Positions 38,392-49,482 of a stretch of DNA of 64,000 nucleotides are shown here, one piece after another. Each line of letters begins with the position of its first letter. Positions within the stretch are counted from its first letter, which is position 1. This stretch comes from Bacteroidota bacterium. GTDB lineage: Bacteria; Bacteroidota; Bacteroidia; AKYH767-A; 2013-40CM-41-45. A program made the translations under genes and the position numbers. The notes under the pieces were generated by a model that was given only the letters and a program-made list of their open reading frames with translations, did no database searches and was not told where the DNA came from. Location: the NCBI GenBank assembly GCA_016720935.1, contig JADKJP010000005.1:173216-237215 (forward strand). The letters run 5' to 3'.

Positions 38392-40311
38392 TCAGACCAA
38401 TACCGATTCGCCTACCTGCTGGCGTACAGCATTTTTTATTGCCGTAACATCGAAATGGCATTCGGCATACAATTCCTTTTGTTCTCCGTGATCAATGAAC
38501 TGATCCGGTATTCCGAGACGTGTGATAGCGGATGAATAGCCGTGGTCAAGCATAAACTCAGCGATCGCAGTACCGAATCCTCCCATGATACATCCGTCTT
38601 CAACAGTGATAATTTTTTTGAATCTTGAAAAAACGTCGTGCAACAATTCCGCATCAAGCGGTTTCACATAACGCATGTCGAAGTGAGCCGGGAAAAATCC
38701 TTCTTTGGAAAGTTCATCGCATGCTTTCACCGCAAAATTTCCGGGATGGCCAATTGTTAAAATCGCTACTTCTTCACCATCACGTACCATGCGTCCTTTT
38801 CCAATTGGAATTTCCTGGAAAGGTTTTCTCCAGTCGACCATGACGCCATTGCCTCTCGGGTAGCGTATAGAAAAAGGCGCCGCGGTTTTTTCGAGTTGCG
38901 CGGTATACATGAGATTCCGCAACTCTTCTTCATTCATCGGTGCGGAAACGATCATGTTCGGGATGCAACGGAAAAACGCGAGATCAAATGCCCCGTGATG
39001 TGTAGGGCCATCCGCTCCTGCAAGTCCACCACGATCCAGACAAAATACAACGTGCAGATTTTGCAAAGCGACATCGTGTACCACCTGGTCATAGCCGCGT
39101 TGCATGAAAGAAGAATAAATATTGCAGAATGGAATTAATCCCTGTGTAGCCAGACCCGCGGAAAAAGTCACCGCGTGTTGTTCCGCTATACCCACGTCGA
39201 ACGCGCGATCCGGCATGGCTTTCATCATGATGTTTAAAGAACATCCGGAAGGCATTGCGGGAGTGATCCCGACAATCTTTGGATTTTTTTCCGCCAACTC
39301 TACGATAGAGTGCCCGAAAACATCCTGGTATTTCGGAGGTTGCGGAGCATCTACCTGCGGCTTATATATTTCACCAGAAATTTTATCAAACAATCCGGGA
39401 GAGTGCCATTTGGTTTGATCTTTCTCAGCGAGTTCGTATCCTTTTCCCTTAACGGTAAGACAATGCAAAATTTTCGGACCCGGAATGTCTTTCAGATCGT
39501 TCATGATTTTCACCAGACGATTCACATCGTGACCATCCACCGGACCGAAATAGCGGAAACGCAATGACTCGAACAAATTACTTTGTTTGAGCAATGTTGT
39601 TTTGACCGCGTTCTCAACTTTGGAAGCTATCTCCTGTGCATTCGGACCGAACTTGCTGATCTTTCCGAGTAATCGCCACACTTCATCCTTCATTTTATTG
39701 TAGGTATGCGATGTGGTAATATCGGTGAGGTATTCTTTCAAAGCACCGACATTCGGATCGATGCTCATGCAATTGTCGTTGAGTACAACAAGCAGATTTG
39801 AATTTTCGACACCGGCATGATTGAGAGCTTCGAAGGCAAGACCGGCGGTCATTGCTCCGTCTCCAATCACCGCGATATGCTGACGGTCGTGTTCTCCTTT
39901 GAGGCGGGAAGCAACTGCCATCCCCAAAGTAGCCGAAATAGAAGTTGAGGAATGTCCTACACCAAAGGTGTCGTATTCACTTTCATTTCTTTTTGGGAAG
40001 CCACTGATTCCTTTATAGACACGGTTGGTATGAAAAATTTCGCGGCGACCGGTCAGGATTTTATGTCCATAAGCCTGGTGCCCGACATCCCAAACCAGCT
40101 GATCATAAGGTGTATTGAACACATAATGAAGGGCTACCGTAAGTTCAACAACTCCCAAAGAAGCACCAAAATGACCACCATTGACAGAAACGATGTCAAT
40201 GATAAAATCCCGGAGATCCTTGCACACCTGCGGGAGTTCATTTTCCTGCATTTTGCGCAAATCTTCGGGATAATTGATCTTTTTCAGGAGATTACCCGGC
40301 TTTATTTCCAT
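38392..40311 (-). CDS. dxs: 1-deoxy-D-xylulose-5-phosphate synthase
   Basis: Thiamine-diphosphate motif 'GDGAMTAGLAFEALNHAG', 'GHSSTSISA', and transketolase-like C-terminal domains. 639 aa. Confidence 0.95.
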   Translation of the reverse strand: MEIKPGNLLKKINYPEDLRKMQENELPQVCKDLRDFIIDIVSVNGGHFGASLGVVELTVALHYVFNTPYDQLVWDVGHQAYGHKILTGRREIFHTNRVYKGISGFPKRNESEYDTFGVGHSSTSISATLGMAVASRLKGEHDRQHIAVIGDGAMTAGLAFEALNHAGVENSNLLVVLNDNCMSIDPNVGALKEYLTDITTSHTYNKMKDEVWRLLGKISKFGPNAQEIASKVENAVKTTLLKQSNLFESLRFRYFGPVDGHDVNRLVKIMNDLKDIPGPKILHCLTVKGKGYELAEKDQTKWHSPGLFDKISGEIYKPQVDAPQPPKYQDVFGHSIVELAEKNPKIVGITPAMPSGCSLNIMMKAMPDRAFDVGIAEQHAVTFSAGLATQGLIPFCNIYSSFMQRGYDQVVHDVALQNLHVVFCLDRGGLAGADGPTHHGAFDLAFFRCIPNMIVSAPMNEEELRNLMYTAQLEKTAAPFSIRYPRGNGVMVDWRKPFQEIPIGKGRMVRDGEEVAILTIGHPGNFAVKACDELSKEGFFPAHFDMRYVKPLDAELLHDVFSRFKKIITVEDGCIMGGFGTAIAEFMLDHGYSSAITRLGIPDQFIDHGEQKELYAECHFDVTAIKNAVRQQVGESVLV

Positions 40312-40595
40312 CTTTTAATGTGGTGATACAAATATACGAAGAAATAGGGAGATATCAGGACTGCAGCGGATTAGAGCTGTAAATGGAGATCCCGGAAGCT
40401 TCATTGTTCTCTCTTTTCCATATAAATAACAACTCAAAGCCTGTTTGGTTTTATAATACCGTTTAATCTTCGTTTTTTTGCGAACGGAATCAGGGGTCGG
40501 ATATTGAATTTTACTCCATTTATCCTGTTCTCCCTGGTATTTTCCCATCCATAATTTGTCAGAGGGAAAGCAATTTGTTTTAATTCAGGAAAAAA

Positions 40596-41978
40596 ATGAA
40601 ACCAATTCGGGTAATTGATCTGCTTCGTTCAAAAGAAACCGGGAAACCGACGGAAGTAAAAGGCTGGGTGCGCACCAAACGTGGCAACAAGCAAATCGCC
40701 TTCATCGCGGTGAATGATGGCTCTGTTATCCATTCAATCCAGGTGGTTGCTGAGTTGGCTAAGTTCGACGAAGAACTGATGAAGCAAATCACTACAGGAG
40801 CATGTGTTCATGTAAAAGGAACACTTGTCGCTTCTCAGGGAAGTGGTCAGGCTGTAGAAATTCAGGCTACTGAAATTATTTTGCTGGGTGGAGCGGATGA
40901 AACTTTTCCGTTGCAAAAGAAAGGTCATTCGATGGAGTTCCTTCGCGAGATCGCGCATTTGCGTCCACGTACAAATACGTTCGGTGCCGTCCTGCGCATG
41001 CGTCATCACATGGCTTTCGCGATCCATAAGTATTTTAACGATCGAGGATTTTTCTATTTGCATTCACCTGTGATTACCGGTTCAGATGCAGAAGGTGCAG
41101 GAGAAATGTTTCAGGTCACAACATTGGATCTGAACAATCCTCCACGCACAGAAGACGGATCAATTAATTTCAAAGAAGATTTTTTTGGTAAGGCAACCAA
41201 TCTCACTGTATCCGGACAACTCGAAGGAGAACTGGCGGCGATGGCATTGGGTAATGTGTACACCTTTGGTCCTACTTTCCGTGCGGAAAATTCAAACACA
41301 CCACGACATCTCGCGGAGTTCTGGATGATAGAACCTGAAATGGCTTTCTACGATATCCAGGATAACATGGATCTCGCTGAAGATTTTCTGAAATACCTCA
41401 TCCAATATGCTTTGGATAATTGCAAAGACGATCTGGAATTCCTCAACAATATGTACGATAAGGAACTTGTTGGTCGTTTGCAATTTGTTGTTTCGAATCC
41501 TTTCGAAAGATTGACTTATACAAAAGCGGTTGAGATCCTGATGAATTCCGGAAAAAAATTCGAGTTCCCGGTGAACTGGGGAACGGATTTACAAAAGGAA
41601 CATGAAAATTTTCTCGTTGAACATTTCAAGAGGCCGGTGATTCTTACGGATTATCCAAAAGAAATCAAGGCATTCTACATGAAGCAAAACGACGATGGTA
41701 AAACAGTTCGCGCGATGGATGTATTGTTTCCGTGGATTGGTGAAATCATCGGAGGTTCGCAACGTGAGGAGAATTATGAAAAGCTCATGTCACGCATTAC
41801 TGAAATGCACATTCCTGAAAAAGATTTGTGGTGGTATCTCGATACGCGTAAATACGGCGCATGTGAGCATTCCGGTTTTGGATTAGGCTTCGAACGCCTG
41901 ATGCTTTTTGTGACCGGGATGACAAATATTCGGGATGTGATTCCGTTTCCGCGGACACCGAAGAACGCGGAATTTTGA
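40596..41978 (+). CDS. asnS: Asparagine--tRNA ligase
   Basis: 460 aa with an N-terminal OB fold. Class IIb motifs '[21 protein letters not shown]' and 'GGSQREE'. It lacks the AspS insertion domain. Confidence 0.9.
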   Translation: MKPIRVIDLLRSKETGKPTEVKGWVRTKRGNKQIAFIAVNDGSVIHSIQVVAELAKFDEELMKQITTGACVHVKGTLVASQGSGQAVEIQATEIILLGGADETFPLQKKGHSMEFLREIAHLRPRTNTFGAVLRMRHHMAFAIHKYFNDRGFFYLHSPVITGSDAEGAGEMFQVTTLDLNNPPRTEDGSINFKEDFFGKATNLTVSGQLEGELAAMALGNVYTFGPTFRAENSNTPRHLAEFWMIEPEMAFYDIQDNMDLAEDFLKYLIQYALDNCKDDLEFLNNMYDKELVGRLQFVVSNPFERLTYTKAVEILMNSGKKFEFPVNWGTDLQKEHENFLVEHFKRPVILTDYPKEIKAFYMKQNDDGKTVRAMDVLFPWIGEIIGGSQREENYEKLMSRITEMHIPEKDLWWYLDTRKYGACEHSGFGLGFERLMLFVTGMTNIRDVIPFPRTPKNAEF

Positions 41979-41984
41979 TTACAG

Positions 41985-42092
41985 AGGGACGGGGGACGAG
42001 GGCTCCTCTTCCCTTTTCCTAAAAGCTGAATTTTAATTGGAGGGACGAGAGGCGGGGGACGTCACTCGTCCCTCGCCCCTCGTCCCTTTTCC
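41985..42092. repeat. G-tract repeat / duplicated terminator module (GGGACG family) serving as a bidirectional terminator
   Basis: 'gggacgggggacgagggctcctcttcccttttcctaaaa...' and then a second copy 'ggagggacgagaggcgggggacgtcactcgtccctcgcccctcgtcccttttcctaaaa'. The second copy is a near-perfect roughly 20-bp palindrome followed by TTTT. Confidence 0.7.
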
Positions 42093-42604
42093 TAAAATTT
42101 GAATCGGACAGTCAATCCCATATCCAGCCATTCCGGGCCGGGGTTTAACAATCCATAGTATGGATTTACATCTATGCCTACCGTTACAGGTACGCGGCGG
42201 GAATTGTATTCGAGTCCGAATTGCGCGTCAATGCCGGCATTGAGAGCATTGTGATCGTAGTATTCTGGTTCACCGTCAACGATGTGGTAATAATTTTCTT
42301 TGAACAATCCGAAGTGTCCGCCAACACCAAATACCATATCCACAGGAATCTGAAGTTTGGAATTGAAAATCGGCACTTGTTTCACAAAGAATGCTTTTCC
42401 CATATAACCGGTATTGGCTTCACGGGTAATTGTTCCCCATATTTCAAAGCCGACATTTCCGCGTGCGTCAAAGAAATGTTTAAGGCTCGCACCGGTCGCG
42501 AATTTTCCAACTCTTGCACCGAAGCTCGTCGTGTAATCCGCTTTCGCGTTGGGTACTGAGTAAATAGTAATTACCAAAAAAAGAATCGAAAAGATCTTTT
42601 TCAT
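42092..42604 (-). CDS. Small outer-membrane beta-barrel protein, signal peptide
   Basis: 'MKKIFSILFLVITIYSVPNAKA', about eight predicted strands, and a C-terminal 'LTVRFKF'. Confidence 0.5.
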   Translation of the reverse strand: MKKIFSILFLVITIYSVPNAKADYTTSFGARVGKFATGASLKHFFDARGNVGFEIWGTITREANTGYMGKAFFVKQVPIFNSKLQIPVDMVFGVGGHFGLFKENYYHIVDGEPEYYDHNALNAGIDAQFGLEYNSRRVPVTVGIDVNPYYGLLNPGPEWLDMGLTVRFKF

Positions 42605-42884
42605 AATTCAGGGGTTTTAAGTACTCCTTCTTTACGGAAAAGATCGTGTTTGGGTAACGTTTGATTCAGACGAAATAAGCAGAGATCTTACAGTTTTGTT
42701 ATTATTTCAAGAAAAGAAATTACAATTTATCCTGTCCTGATAAAAAATATGATTCTACTTCACTGCGAAAGAAATGAAGTAGAATCATATAAAAATTGAT
42801 GCCCTCAAGCCGGGAATGAATTCCTCGAATCGAATAAGTAAGTATTGATTAACGGACTCAACATGAAATAAACAAACCCTTTTT

Positions 42885-44696
42885 TCAATGTTGAACAACA
42901 AAACGTATTACTTTCTTTCCATCCTCATTCATGATGTTTAGAAAATATATTCCGTCCGGTAAATCCTGCGTTGACAAAATGCAACTATAGGTATTTTGGT
43001 GTACTGTTTGTTCGAGAAGAGTCCTTCCACTAATATCAAGAAGGATAATATGTAACTTCTCCATGGAAGCTTGAGAATTCAATTGTATAAATTCATTCGC
43101 AGGAGAAGGGTAGATACTGAATAAGGGAGAACGATCGTTTTCATCAACACCAACACCTACAATAAAAAGTGTATCCGTATCCGTACAGATTCCATAATGG
43201 GCCGTCAATACAACAGTATAATTTAATCCTGTAGAAAAAACGTGAACAGGATCCGGCAGATTACTGAATGTCCCATCACCAAAATCCCAATTTACAGAAT
43301 CAGTATTTGAAGACAAATTCGTGAATGTATATGCATTGCCATTGATGATATAACTGAAATCCGCAATGGGAGAAATACTGTTTTGCATTGTAAAACGTCC
43401 CCAATAAGAAGGTGTAATAATGGTTCCCACTGTAGGTGTATTCAAACAATCCCAAGCTGTGTTAATTGCCGGTGATCCTGCAATCCAGAAATCACCTGAA
43501 GAATGTACATCCAATCCAAAAACGGACCCACTGTTTGCTCCACTGCTGTTGAATTTTACAAAATTGATTGCTCCAGAAGGAGCATATTCACCCACATAGG
43601 AACCCGAGGCCTGCGACGAACTTGTATACGTGCCTATTTGAACAACACCATCCATATTTCCTATTACAAAAACATTTCCGGAAACGTCTGATTTTATATT
43701 GGTACAATTCACATGTCCGCTTGTTTGAATGTGTCCGGCCCAAACCGGGTTTCCATTCGGATCAAATTTTAATACTCCGGCCACAGTGTTTCCTCCATTC
43801 AAATGAAGGGTATCACTGCCATGTACAAAGTCCTGGTCACAACTTGCTGCCAGGTATACATTGCCCTGAACATCCGTACAAGCCCCACCGGTAAATTCGT
43901 TAGACACATTGTTTCCATCGGTCACTCTGGCCCAATAAGCCGCTCCATTAGTATCCATGAGTACTACACAACTCTGGTCCATATTTGCTCCGGTGAATGG
44001 AATTGCAACTGTATCAACAATCACCGGTCCGGCACTTGAAAAAAATTCGTTCGCGGAAAAAGCCAGATAGTGACCGAAACTCGATATTTTATTTCTTGAT
44101 GTGCCGATAGAAAATCCAAGGGTATTTAATGGAAAACTTTTTGACCAATTCTGATTAAACGCTGAATCCAATTTAAAGACCGCGGAAGCATTGGCGGCAA
44201 AAACATCTGTTCCATTACATGTAATTATCGTCAAATCACTTGTGGCATATGAACGGATAAATTGTCCGTCTGAACCCAGTTTAATTATCTGATGTAAAGT
44301 TGAATTTGAATAGGTGGTATCATCCATGATTGTGCTTTGTCCTTCCAAAAAAGCTGAGATGTAAATATTTCCATCACTATCCGTACAAATGTCTTCAGGA
44401 GTATCATTCCCATTAGTACCAATGACTTTTGACCAGATATGATTACCTGCCGAATCGGTTTTTATAATCGAAAGATCAATTGCACCAACAGCATATTGTG
44501 TATCGGTTGCGACAATAAATCCATCCGAAAATTCCCTGAATGTATAGGCACTTTTATCGTTGTCTGCTGCGATAAGTGATCTGGTAGAATAACCGCTTCC
44601 ACCTGGAGATATTGTAGATACGTTTAACCATTCCGCACGCTGAGCATTCAGCGTAAGTGCGTGTATTAATACCAATAATGTAAATAGTTTCTTCAT
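42885..44696 (-). CDS. T9SS-sorted secreted protein: SBBP-type beta-propeller repeats + PKD domain + type-A CTD
   Basis: 'DSDGNIYI', 'NGNPVWAG' and 'GNVYLAAS' propeller repeats. PKD domain 'WDFGDGTFS...VVLTAHYGICTDTD'. C-terminal '...GIYFLNIMNEDGKKVIRFVVQH'. Confidence 0.65.
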   Translation of the reverse strand: MKKLFTLLVLIHALTLNAQRAEWLNVSTISPGGSGYSTRSLIAADNDKSAYTFREFSDGFIVATDTQYAVGAIDLSIIKTDSAGNHIWSKVIGTNGNDTPEDICTDSDGNIYISAFLEGQSTIMDDTTYSNSTLHQIIKLGSDGQFIRSYATSDLTIITCNGTDVFAANASAVFKLDSAFNQNWSKSFPLNTLGFSIGTSRNKISSFGHYLAFSANEFFSSAGPVIVDTVAIPFTGANMDQSCVVLMDTNGAAYWARVTDGNNVSNEFTGGACTDVQGNVYLAASCDQDFVHGSDTLHLNGGNTVAGVLKFDPNGNPVWAGHIQTSGHVNCTNIKSDVSGNVFVIGNMDGVVQIGTYTSSSQASGSYVGEYAPSGAINFVKFNSSGANSGSVFGLDVHSSGDFWIAGSPAINTAWDCLNTPTVGTIITPSYWGRFTMQNSISPIADFSYIINGNAYTFTNLSSNTDSVNWDFGDGTFSNLPDPVHVFSTGLNYTVVLTAHYGICTDTDTLFIVGVGVDENDRSPLFSIYPSPANEFIQLNSQASMEKLHIILLDISGRTLLEQTVHQNTYSCILSTQDLPDGIYFLNIMNEDGKKVIRFVVQH

Positions 44697-45029
44697 GTTA
44701 CAGAGGATTTAGATTTGAAACAATGTGGGATGATGAGAAAGATTAACTTAAACAGAAAACTCTACTTTATTAAAAACTAATTAAAACAGGAATTCCGGCA
44801 CAATCAAAGGACATCAACATAAGCCGGAATGACAAAATAATGAAAAAAATGAAAATAAAAACGTTTTTAAAAAACTTTCCATGATTTAGAACGAATTGCT
44901 CTTCACTTGTACTGCAAAAGCTTCTGATTTTATTGAATTTTAGGCTATAAAACTGCAGAAATGCTGATGCCCTAAGTCATTTTAATAAAAAATAAATAGA
45001 AGGAACTTTGAGTAGCTAAATCTGAATCT

Positions 45030-46664
45030 ATGAAAAAGTCAAAATCATTTTTTGCACTCATAGTCCTTTTGTTTCTGAACATATATACCAAAGCGCAGAT
45101 TGATACAGCCTGGATCAGAACCTGGGACAGTCAGCAATGGGACCAGACAGAAGCAATTACTACTGATGAAGCGAATAATATTTATGTGGCCGGATGGTCG
45201 TATGAATGGAACACCAATGAAGATTTTATTTTCGCGAAATACGATCCGAACGGAAACCTGGTTTGGAGTCGGATCAGAAATTACACCAGTGGCGATCAGG
45301 CAACGAAAATTTTGTACGATCATCAGGGACATATTTATATCGCGGGTTTTGTCAATGGAAGTTACAGTACGACAGGTGGGGCATTATGTCTGATGAAATA
45401 TTCAACAGATGGAGATTCGCTTTGGGAATTTGTGGATTTTAATACATCTGTCGCACAGGTAAGCGCGATGGAAATGGATCATGACGGGAATATTGTTCTG
45501 GCAGGATTCGATGGTGGAACGCTCGGTTCGGCGGTCTTTGTTACAATCAAGATCGATCCTCAGGGAAATGAATTGTGGTATCAAACTTTTAACAACAATG
45601 GGCCGAATGAATCCAATCGCATTTACGGAATGTGTATTGATGCTGCGAATAATATTTATGTAACAGGAGTATGTGATGAATGGACTAATTTCGCGACAGA
45701 TATTTTCACCATCAAATATGCCCCGAATGGAGATACTGTTTGGGTTCGCCAGTTCAACAGTCCTGCCAATAATTATGATTCCGGTTGGAAAATTATCCTT
45801 GATCAGGATAACCATCTGATTGTTGGAGGTCAGGTCGCCACATCCGGGCCGGCACAAACAGATTATGTTCTTCTGAAATATGATACTTCCGGAACTTTGC
45901 TTTATTCAAAATATTTCAATTATCCGGGTCCTCAATCCTTTGATAATTTCAAAGATCTTATGATTGATGACTCAGGGAATATTTACCTGCTTGGCAACAG
46001 TTCCACCAACAACGCTCAAAACACCGTTCGCATGGAATTGATCAAGTTCAATGCCGATGGAGATACTCTGTGGACAGCCCGTTGGGGAAACGCTTCCAGT
46101 TATGAGCCCAGACAAATGGTGAAGGATGCACAAAACAATATCTACATCACCGGATTTTATTATGATTCAAATACAAATACAGGTTACAATGGATTTACCA
46201 TCAGCTACGATGTGAATGGTCATGAACGTTGGGAACATATCTACACAGACACAAGTAATAGCGAACAAGAATTGTATGCACTTGCATTGGATGCAAATAA
46301 TGATCTTGTTGTTACTGGTCGGACACATTCGTCAAGCTTCTTTGATTTTCTCACTATCAAATACACGAATTCAACCAGCGGAATTCCTGTTTTACCGGAG
46401 ATTCAAGCCGACTTAAGCCTGCGTTGCGATCCGAATCCTGTATCTTCAATTTCTGTGATACATTTTTCGTTGAATAATGATGCTGAGACATTTTTCCGTG
46501 TACTTGATTTGAATGGAAGAGAAATCCGCAGGATGCTGACAGGAATTCATCGGGCTGGAACCTATTCTTTTCCCTTTAATTCAAACGGATTATCACAAGG
46601 TGTTTATTTCATTCAAATGATCTCCGGAAATCAAACAATTCAAAAAAAGATTATCGTAGAATGA
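45030..46664 (+). CDS. T9SS-sorted secreted SBBP-repeat beta-propeller protein
   Basis: Repeated 'D..GNIYV.G', 'G.T.W' and 'NG..LWS' motifs. C-terminal '...QGVYFIQMISGNQTIQKKIIVE'. It is divergent from the previous gene. Confidence 0.65.
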   Translation: MKKSKSFFALIVLLFLNIYTKAQIDTAWIRTWDSQQWDQTEAITTDEANNIYVAGWSYEWNTNEDFIFAKYDPNGNLVWSRIRNYTSGDQATKILYDHQGHIYIAGFVNGSYSTTGGALCLMKYSTDGDSLWEFVDFNTSVAQVSAMEMDHDGNIVLAGFDGGTLGSAVFVTIKIDPQGNELWYQTFNNNGPNESNRIYGMCIDAANNIYVTGVCDEWTNFATDIFTIKYAPNGDTVWVRQFNSPANNYDSGWKIILDQDNHLIVGGQVATSGPAQTDYVLLKYDTSGTLLYSKYFNYPGPQSFDNFKDLMIDDSGNIYLLGNSSTNNAQNTVRMELIKFNADGDTLWTARWGNASSYEPRQMVKDAQNNIYITGFYYDSNTNTGYNGFTISYDVNGHERWEHIYTDTSNSEQELYALALDANNDLVVTGRTHSSSFFDFLTIKYTNSTSGIPVLPEIQADLSLRCDPNPVSSISVIHFSLNNDAETFFRVLDLNGREIRRMLTGIHRAGTYSFPFNSNGLSQGVYFIQMISGNQTIQKKIIVE

Positions 46665-46713
46665 TTGTTTGATTTGAGGGCAATGCAACAATTTAAACCT
46701 TGAACATCGAACA

Positions 46714-47748
46714 TCAAACACCTCTACCTTCCGAAAAAATCACCTCCAGCAATGTTTGTCCCACGGCTTTCAGAGTGTTGCGATCAATGATATCCATATT
46801 ATCACGATGCGTATGCCAGTGCGAACCGAAACCACTGCGTGTTGAAGGATTGGAATGAATGATGTCGATGGAAGGAATGTTGATTCGGTTTACGTAAACG
46901 TGATCATCGGTTACATAACCGGATTCCTGGTACAGGAAATAATCGCTGTAACCGAGTCGGGAAGCTGTCTTCCACACTTTATCAATTACAAATTGCGCAT
47001 GTTGTTTTGAAAATCCTTCCATGCGGAATTGCGCGCCTTTGGCACCAACCATGTCGAGGAGGATTCCATAATCGGCCATGTAACCAGGAATGTGCGGAGA
47101 GTTAGCCCAGAATTGTGTACCCAAAGCATAGGAATCTTCGCTCTCTTCTCCTCCGTCTTTTTTACCCCAGTCTTCCGCGTCAAAACAAATGAGATCAATT
47201 CCAATTGCAGGCGCTTGCGTTGAAAGCTGTCGTGCTATTTCCAACAAGACTCCTACTCCACTGCCTCCATCGTCTGCGCCAATGATGGGTTCGTTGGTTC
47301 GCGCAGTATCCTGATCAGCCCATGGACGCGTGTCCCAATGGGCAAAAATTAATACACGTGATTTGCTCTGTGGATTAAAAGAGGCGATGATGTTTTTGAT
47401 ATTCAGTTTTACTCCATCGAATGTGGTGACGACTCCGGTTTGAACGGTGACACTTGAAGTATAGGTTTTAAATTTTTTCTCAAGAAATTCAGCACAGGCC
47501 GCATGAGCTTTGGTGCCGGGAACACGCGGACCAAAATCGCATTGGGCTTTTACGAAAGCGTAAGCGGAGTCGGCATTAAAGGTTGGTGCGATGACAGATG
47601 GTTGAGTTACAGTTGTTGTAGTTGGCTGTGGTTTCTTTTGATCATTACAAGATAAAATAATCCCCAGCACTGAGATAAGGAAAATTATTTCGCGCAAAGG
47701 GCGCAAAGGTTTTCGCAAAGGACGCAAAGAGCGTTTGGTCATTTTCAT
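46714..47748 (-). CDS. M28 family zinc peptidase (aminopeptidase), signal/lipoprotein N-terminus
   Basis: 'FAHWDTRPW', 'ADDGGSGVGVLLEIAR' and 'DAEDWG' (His/Asp/Glu zinc ligands). The start was trimmed to 47748 because the longer ORF would overlap cysS in-strand. Confidence 0.75.
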   Translation of the reverse strand: MKMTKRSLRPLRKPLRPLREIIFLISVLGIILSCNDQKKPQPTTTTVTQPSVIAPTFNADSAYAFVKAQCDFGPRVPGTKAHAACAEFLEKKFKTYTSSVTVQTGVVTTFDGVKLNIKNIIASFNPQSKSRVLIFAHWDTRPWADQDTARTNEPIIGADDGGSGVGVLLEIARQLSTQAPAIGIDLICFDAEDWGKKDGGEESEDSYALGTQFWANSPHIPGYMADYGILLDMVGAKGAQFRMEGFSKQHAQFVIDKVWKTASRLGYSDYFLYQESGYVTDDHVYVNRINIPSIDIIHSNPSTRSGFGSHWHTHRDNMDIIDRNTLKAVGQTLLEVIFSEGRGV

Positions 47749-47761
47749 GAATGCAGTGCTT

Positions 47762-49249
47762 TTAATCTTTGGTCCAGGAGGTGGTGCCGTCTTTTTCGTC
47801 TTTGATTTTGAAACCAAGCGTTGCGAGTTCGTCACGGATTTTATCGGAAGTTGCAAAATCCTTTTTAGTTTTTGCTTCCGCACGTACACGCAATACCATT
47901 TGCATGACACCGTCAAGATCTCCTTTGTCTTGTTGTTGCTCGGCTTTCAGTCCGAGAATTTTGAAGACAAAATCATCATAGGTTTGTTTCAGCAAATCAA
48001 GATCTTCCGCTGAAATAGTTTCCGTTCCTGCATTTACAGAATTGATGATGCGGACTGCTTCAAACAATTGAGCAATCGTGATCGCGGTATTGAAATCATC
48101 CAGCATCGCGTCGTAGCATGCCTGACGAAGAGCTTTGATATCACTTGTGGAAGATGGTCCCGATTTTATTTTATGAAGTACTTCGTGAGCGTTAAGCAAA
48201 CGGATCAATCCTTTTTCCGCGCCTTTCAATCCTTCGTTTGAAAAATCCAATGTACTGCGGTAATGCGCCTGAAGGACGAAGAAACGAATTGTCATCGCGG
48301 AATACGACTGCTCAAGCAGTTTGTGAGACCCGTTGAAAAACTCTTCGAGATTGATAAAGTTCCCCAGCGATTTTCCCATCTTCTGTCCGTTGATGGTAAT
48401 CATGTTGTTGTGCATCCAATAACGGACAGGTGCTTTCCCGCAAGCACCTTTACTCTGAGCAATTTCACTTTCGTGGTGAGGGAACAGGAGATCCATTCCT
48501 CCTCCGTGAATATCAAATGTTTCACCAAGATATTTTGTACTCATCGCGGAACATTCAATATGCCAGCCCGGAAAACCATCGCTCCAGGGTGAAGGCCAGC
48601 GCATGATGTGTTCAGGCGAAGCTTTTTTCCACAATGCAAAATCAGCCGGATTGCGTTTTTCTTCCTGTCCTTCGAGTTCGCGACGTTCGTTGCCGGCGCC
48701 CGCGATCAGGTCTTCGATAATTCTTCCGCTCAGCTTTCCGTAATCGTGGGTCTTGCTGTATTTCAATACATCAAAATAGACAGAGCCATTGGATTCATAA
48801 GCCCAGCCATTTTTGATGATCTCTTCGATCATTGTAATTTGCTCGATGATATGTCCGGATGCACGCGGTTCGATACTGACATTTCTATTGTTCAGCGCGC
48901 GCATCGCTTCGTGGAATTTTTCTGTATAGAGCTCCACGATTTCCATCGGCTCCAGTTTTTCTATTCTTGCTTTCTTCGCGATTTTATCTTCTCCTTCATC
49001 AGCATCGTTCTCGAGGTGACCGACATCAGTGATGTTGCGCACATAACGAACTTTATAACCGAGGTGTTCGAAAAAACGATTCACAACATCAAAGGTGATG
49101 TAGGGACGAGCGTGTCCTAAATGAGGTTGTCCGTATACTGTTGGTCCGCAAACATACATTCCCACAAAGCCCGGAACCATTGGGGCGAATTCTTCTTTTT
49201 TTCGAGAAAGGGAGTTGTAGATGTATAACTGAGCGGAGTTCATAGGCAA
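47762..49249 (-). CDS. cysS: Cysteine--tRNA ligase
   Basis: 'HLGHAR' (HIGH), 'KMGKS' (KMSKS) and 'CGPTVYG'. 495 aa. Confidence 0.95.
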   Translation of the reverse strand: MPMNSAQLYIYNSLSRKKEEFAPMVPGFVGMYVCGPTVYGQPHLGHARPYITFDVVNRFFEHLGYKVRYVRNITDVGHLENDADEGEDKIAKKARIEKLEPMEIVELYTEKFHEAMRALNNRNVSIEPRASGHIIEQITMIEEIIKNGWAYESNGSVYFDVLKYSKTHDYGKLSGRIIEDLIAGAGNERRELEGQEEKRNPADFALWKKASPEHIMRWPSPWSDGFPGWHIECSAMSTKYLGETFDIHGGGMDLLFPHHESEIAQSKGACGKAPVRYWMHNNMITINGQKMGKSLGNFINLEEFFNGSHKLLEQSYSAMTIRFFVLQAHYRSTLDFSNEGLKGAEKGLIRLLNAHEVLHKIKSGPSSTSDIKALRQACYDAMLDDFNTAITIAQLFEAVRIINSVNAGTETISAEDLDLLKQTYDDFVFKILGLKAEQQQDKGDLDGVMQMVLRVRAEAKTKKDFATSDKIRDELATLGFKIKDEKDGTTSWTKD

Positions 49250-49480
49250 ATTGATTCGGTGGAACTTTGAATTATGAATTATGAATTTGTGTCTAAGAGT
49301 GAAAGGGGAAGTCTTTAATAATATTTCAAAGGGAGCTGAAATCGTGATCGAATATACAGCTCAAAATATTCTTGACAGTACGCTCATTCACAATTCTAAA
49401 TTCTTAATTCTTAATTGAAATGTAGCTGCTCAATTAGCACTTACAATACGCTCATTCATAATTCTCAATTCTCAATGAAA
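49250..49480. repeat. Intergenic word-stutter repeat block
   Basis: 'gaattatgaattatgaatt', 'aattcttaattcttaatt' and 'aattctcaattctcaat'. Confidence 0.65.
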
Positions 49481-49482
49481 GT

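Noticed and set aside
40315-40548. 77-aa ORF immediately upstream of dxs on the minus strand
   Set aside because: It lies in the divergent dxs/asnS promoter region. It has a basic low-complexity translation and no motif. A leader peptide cannot be excluded, but there is no evidence for one.
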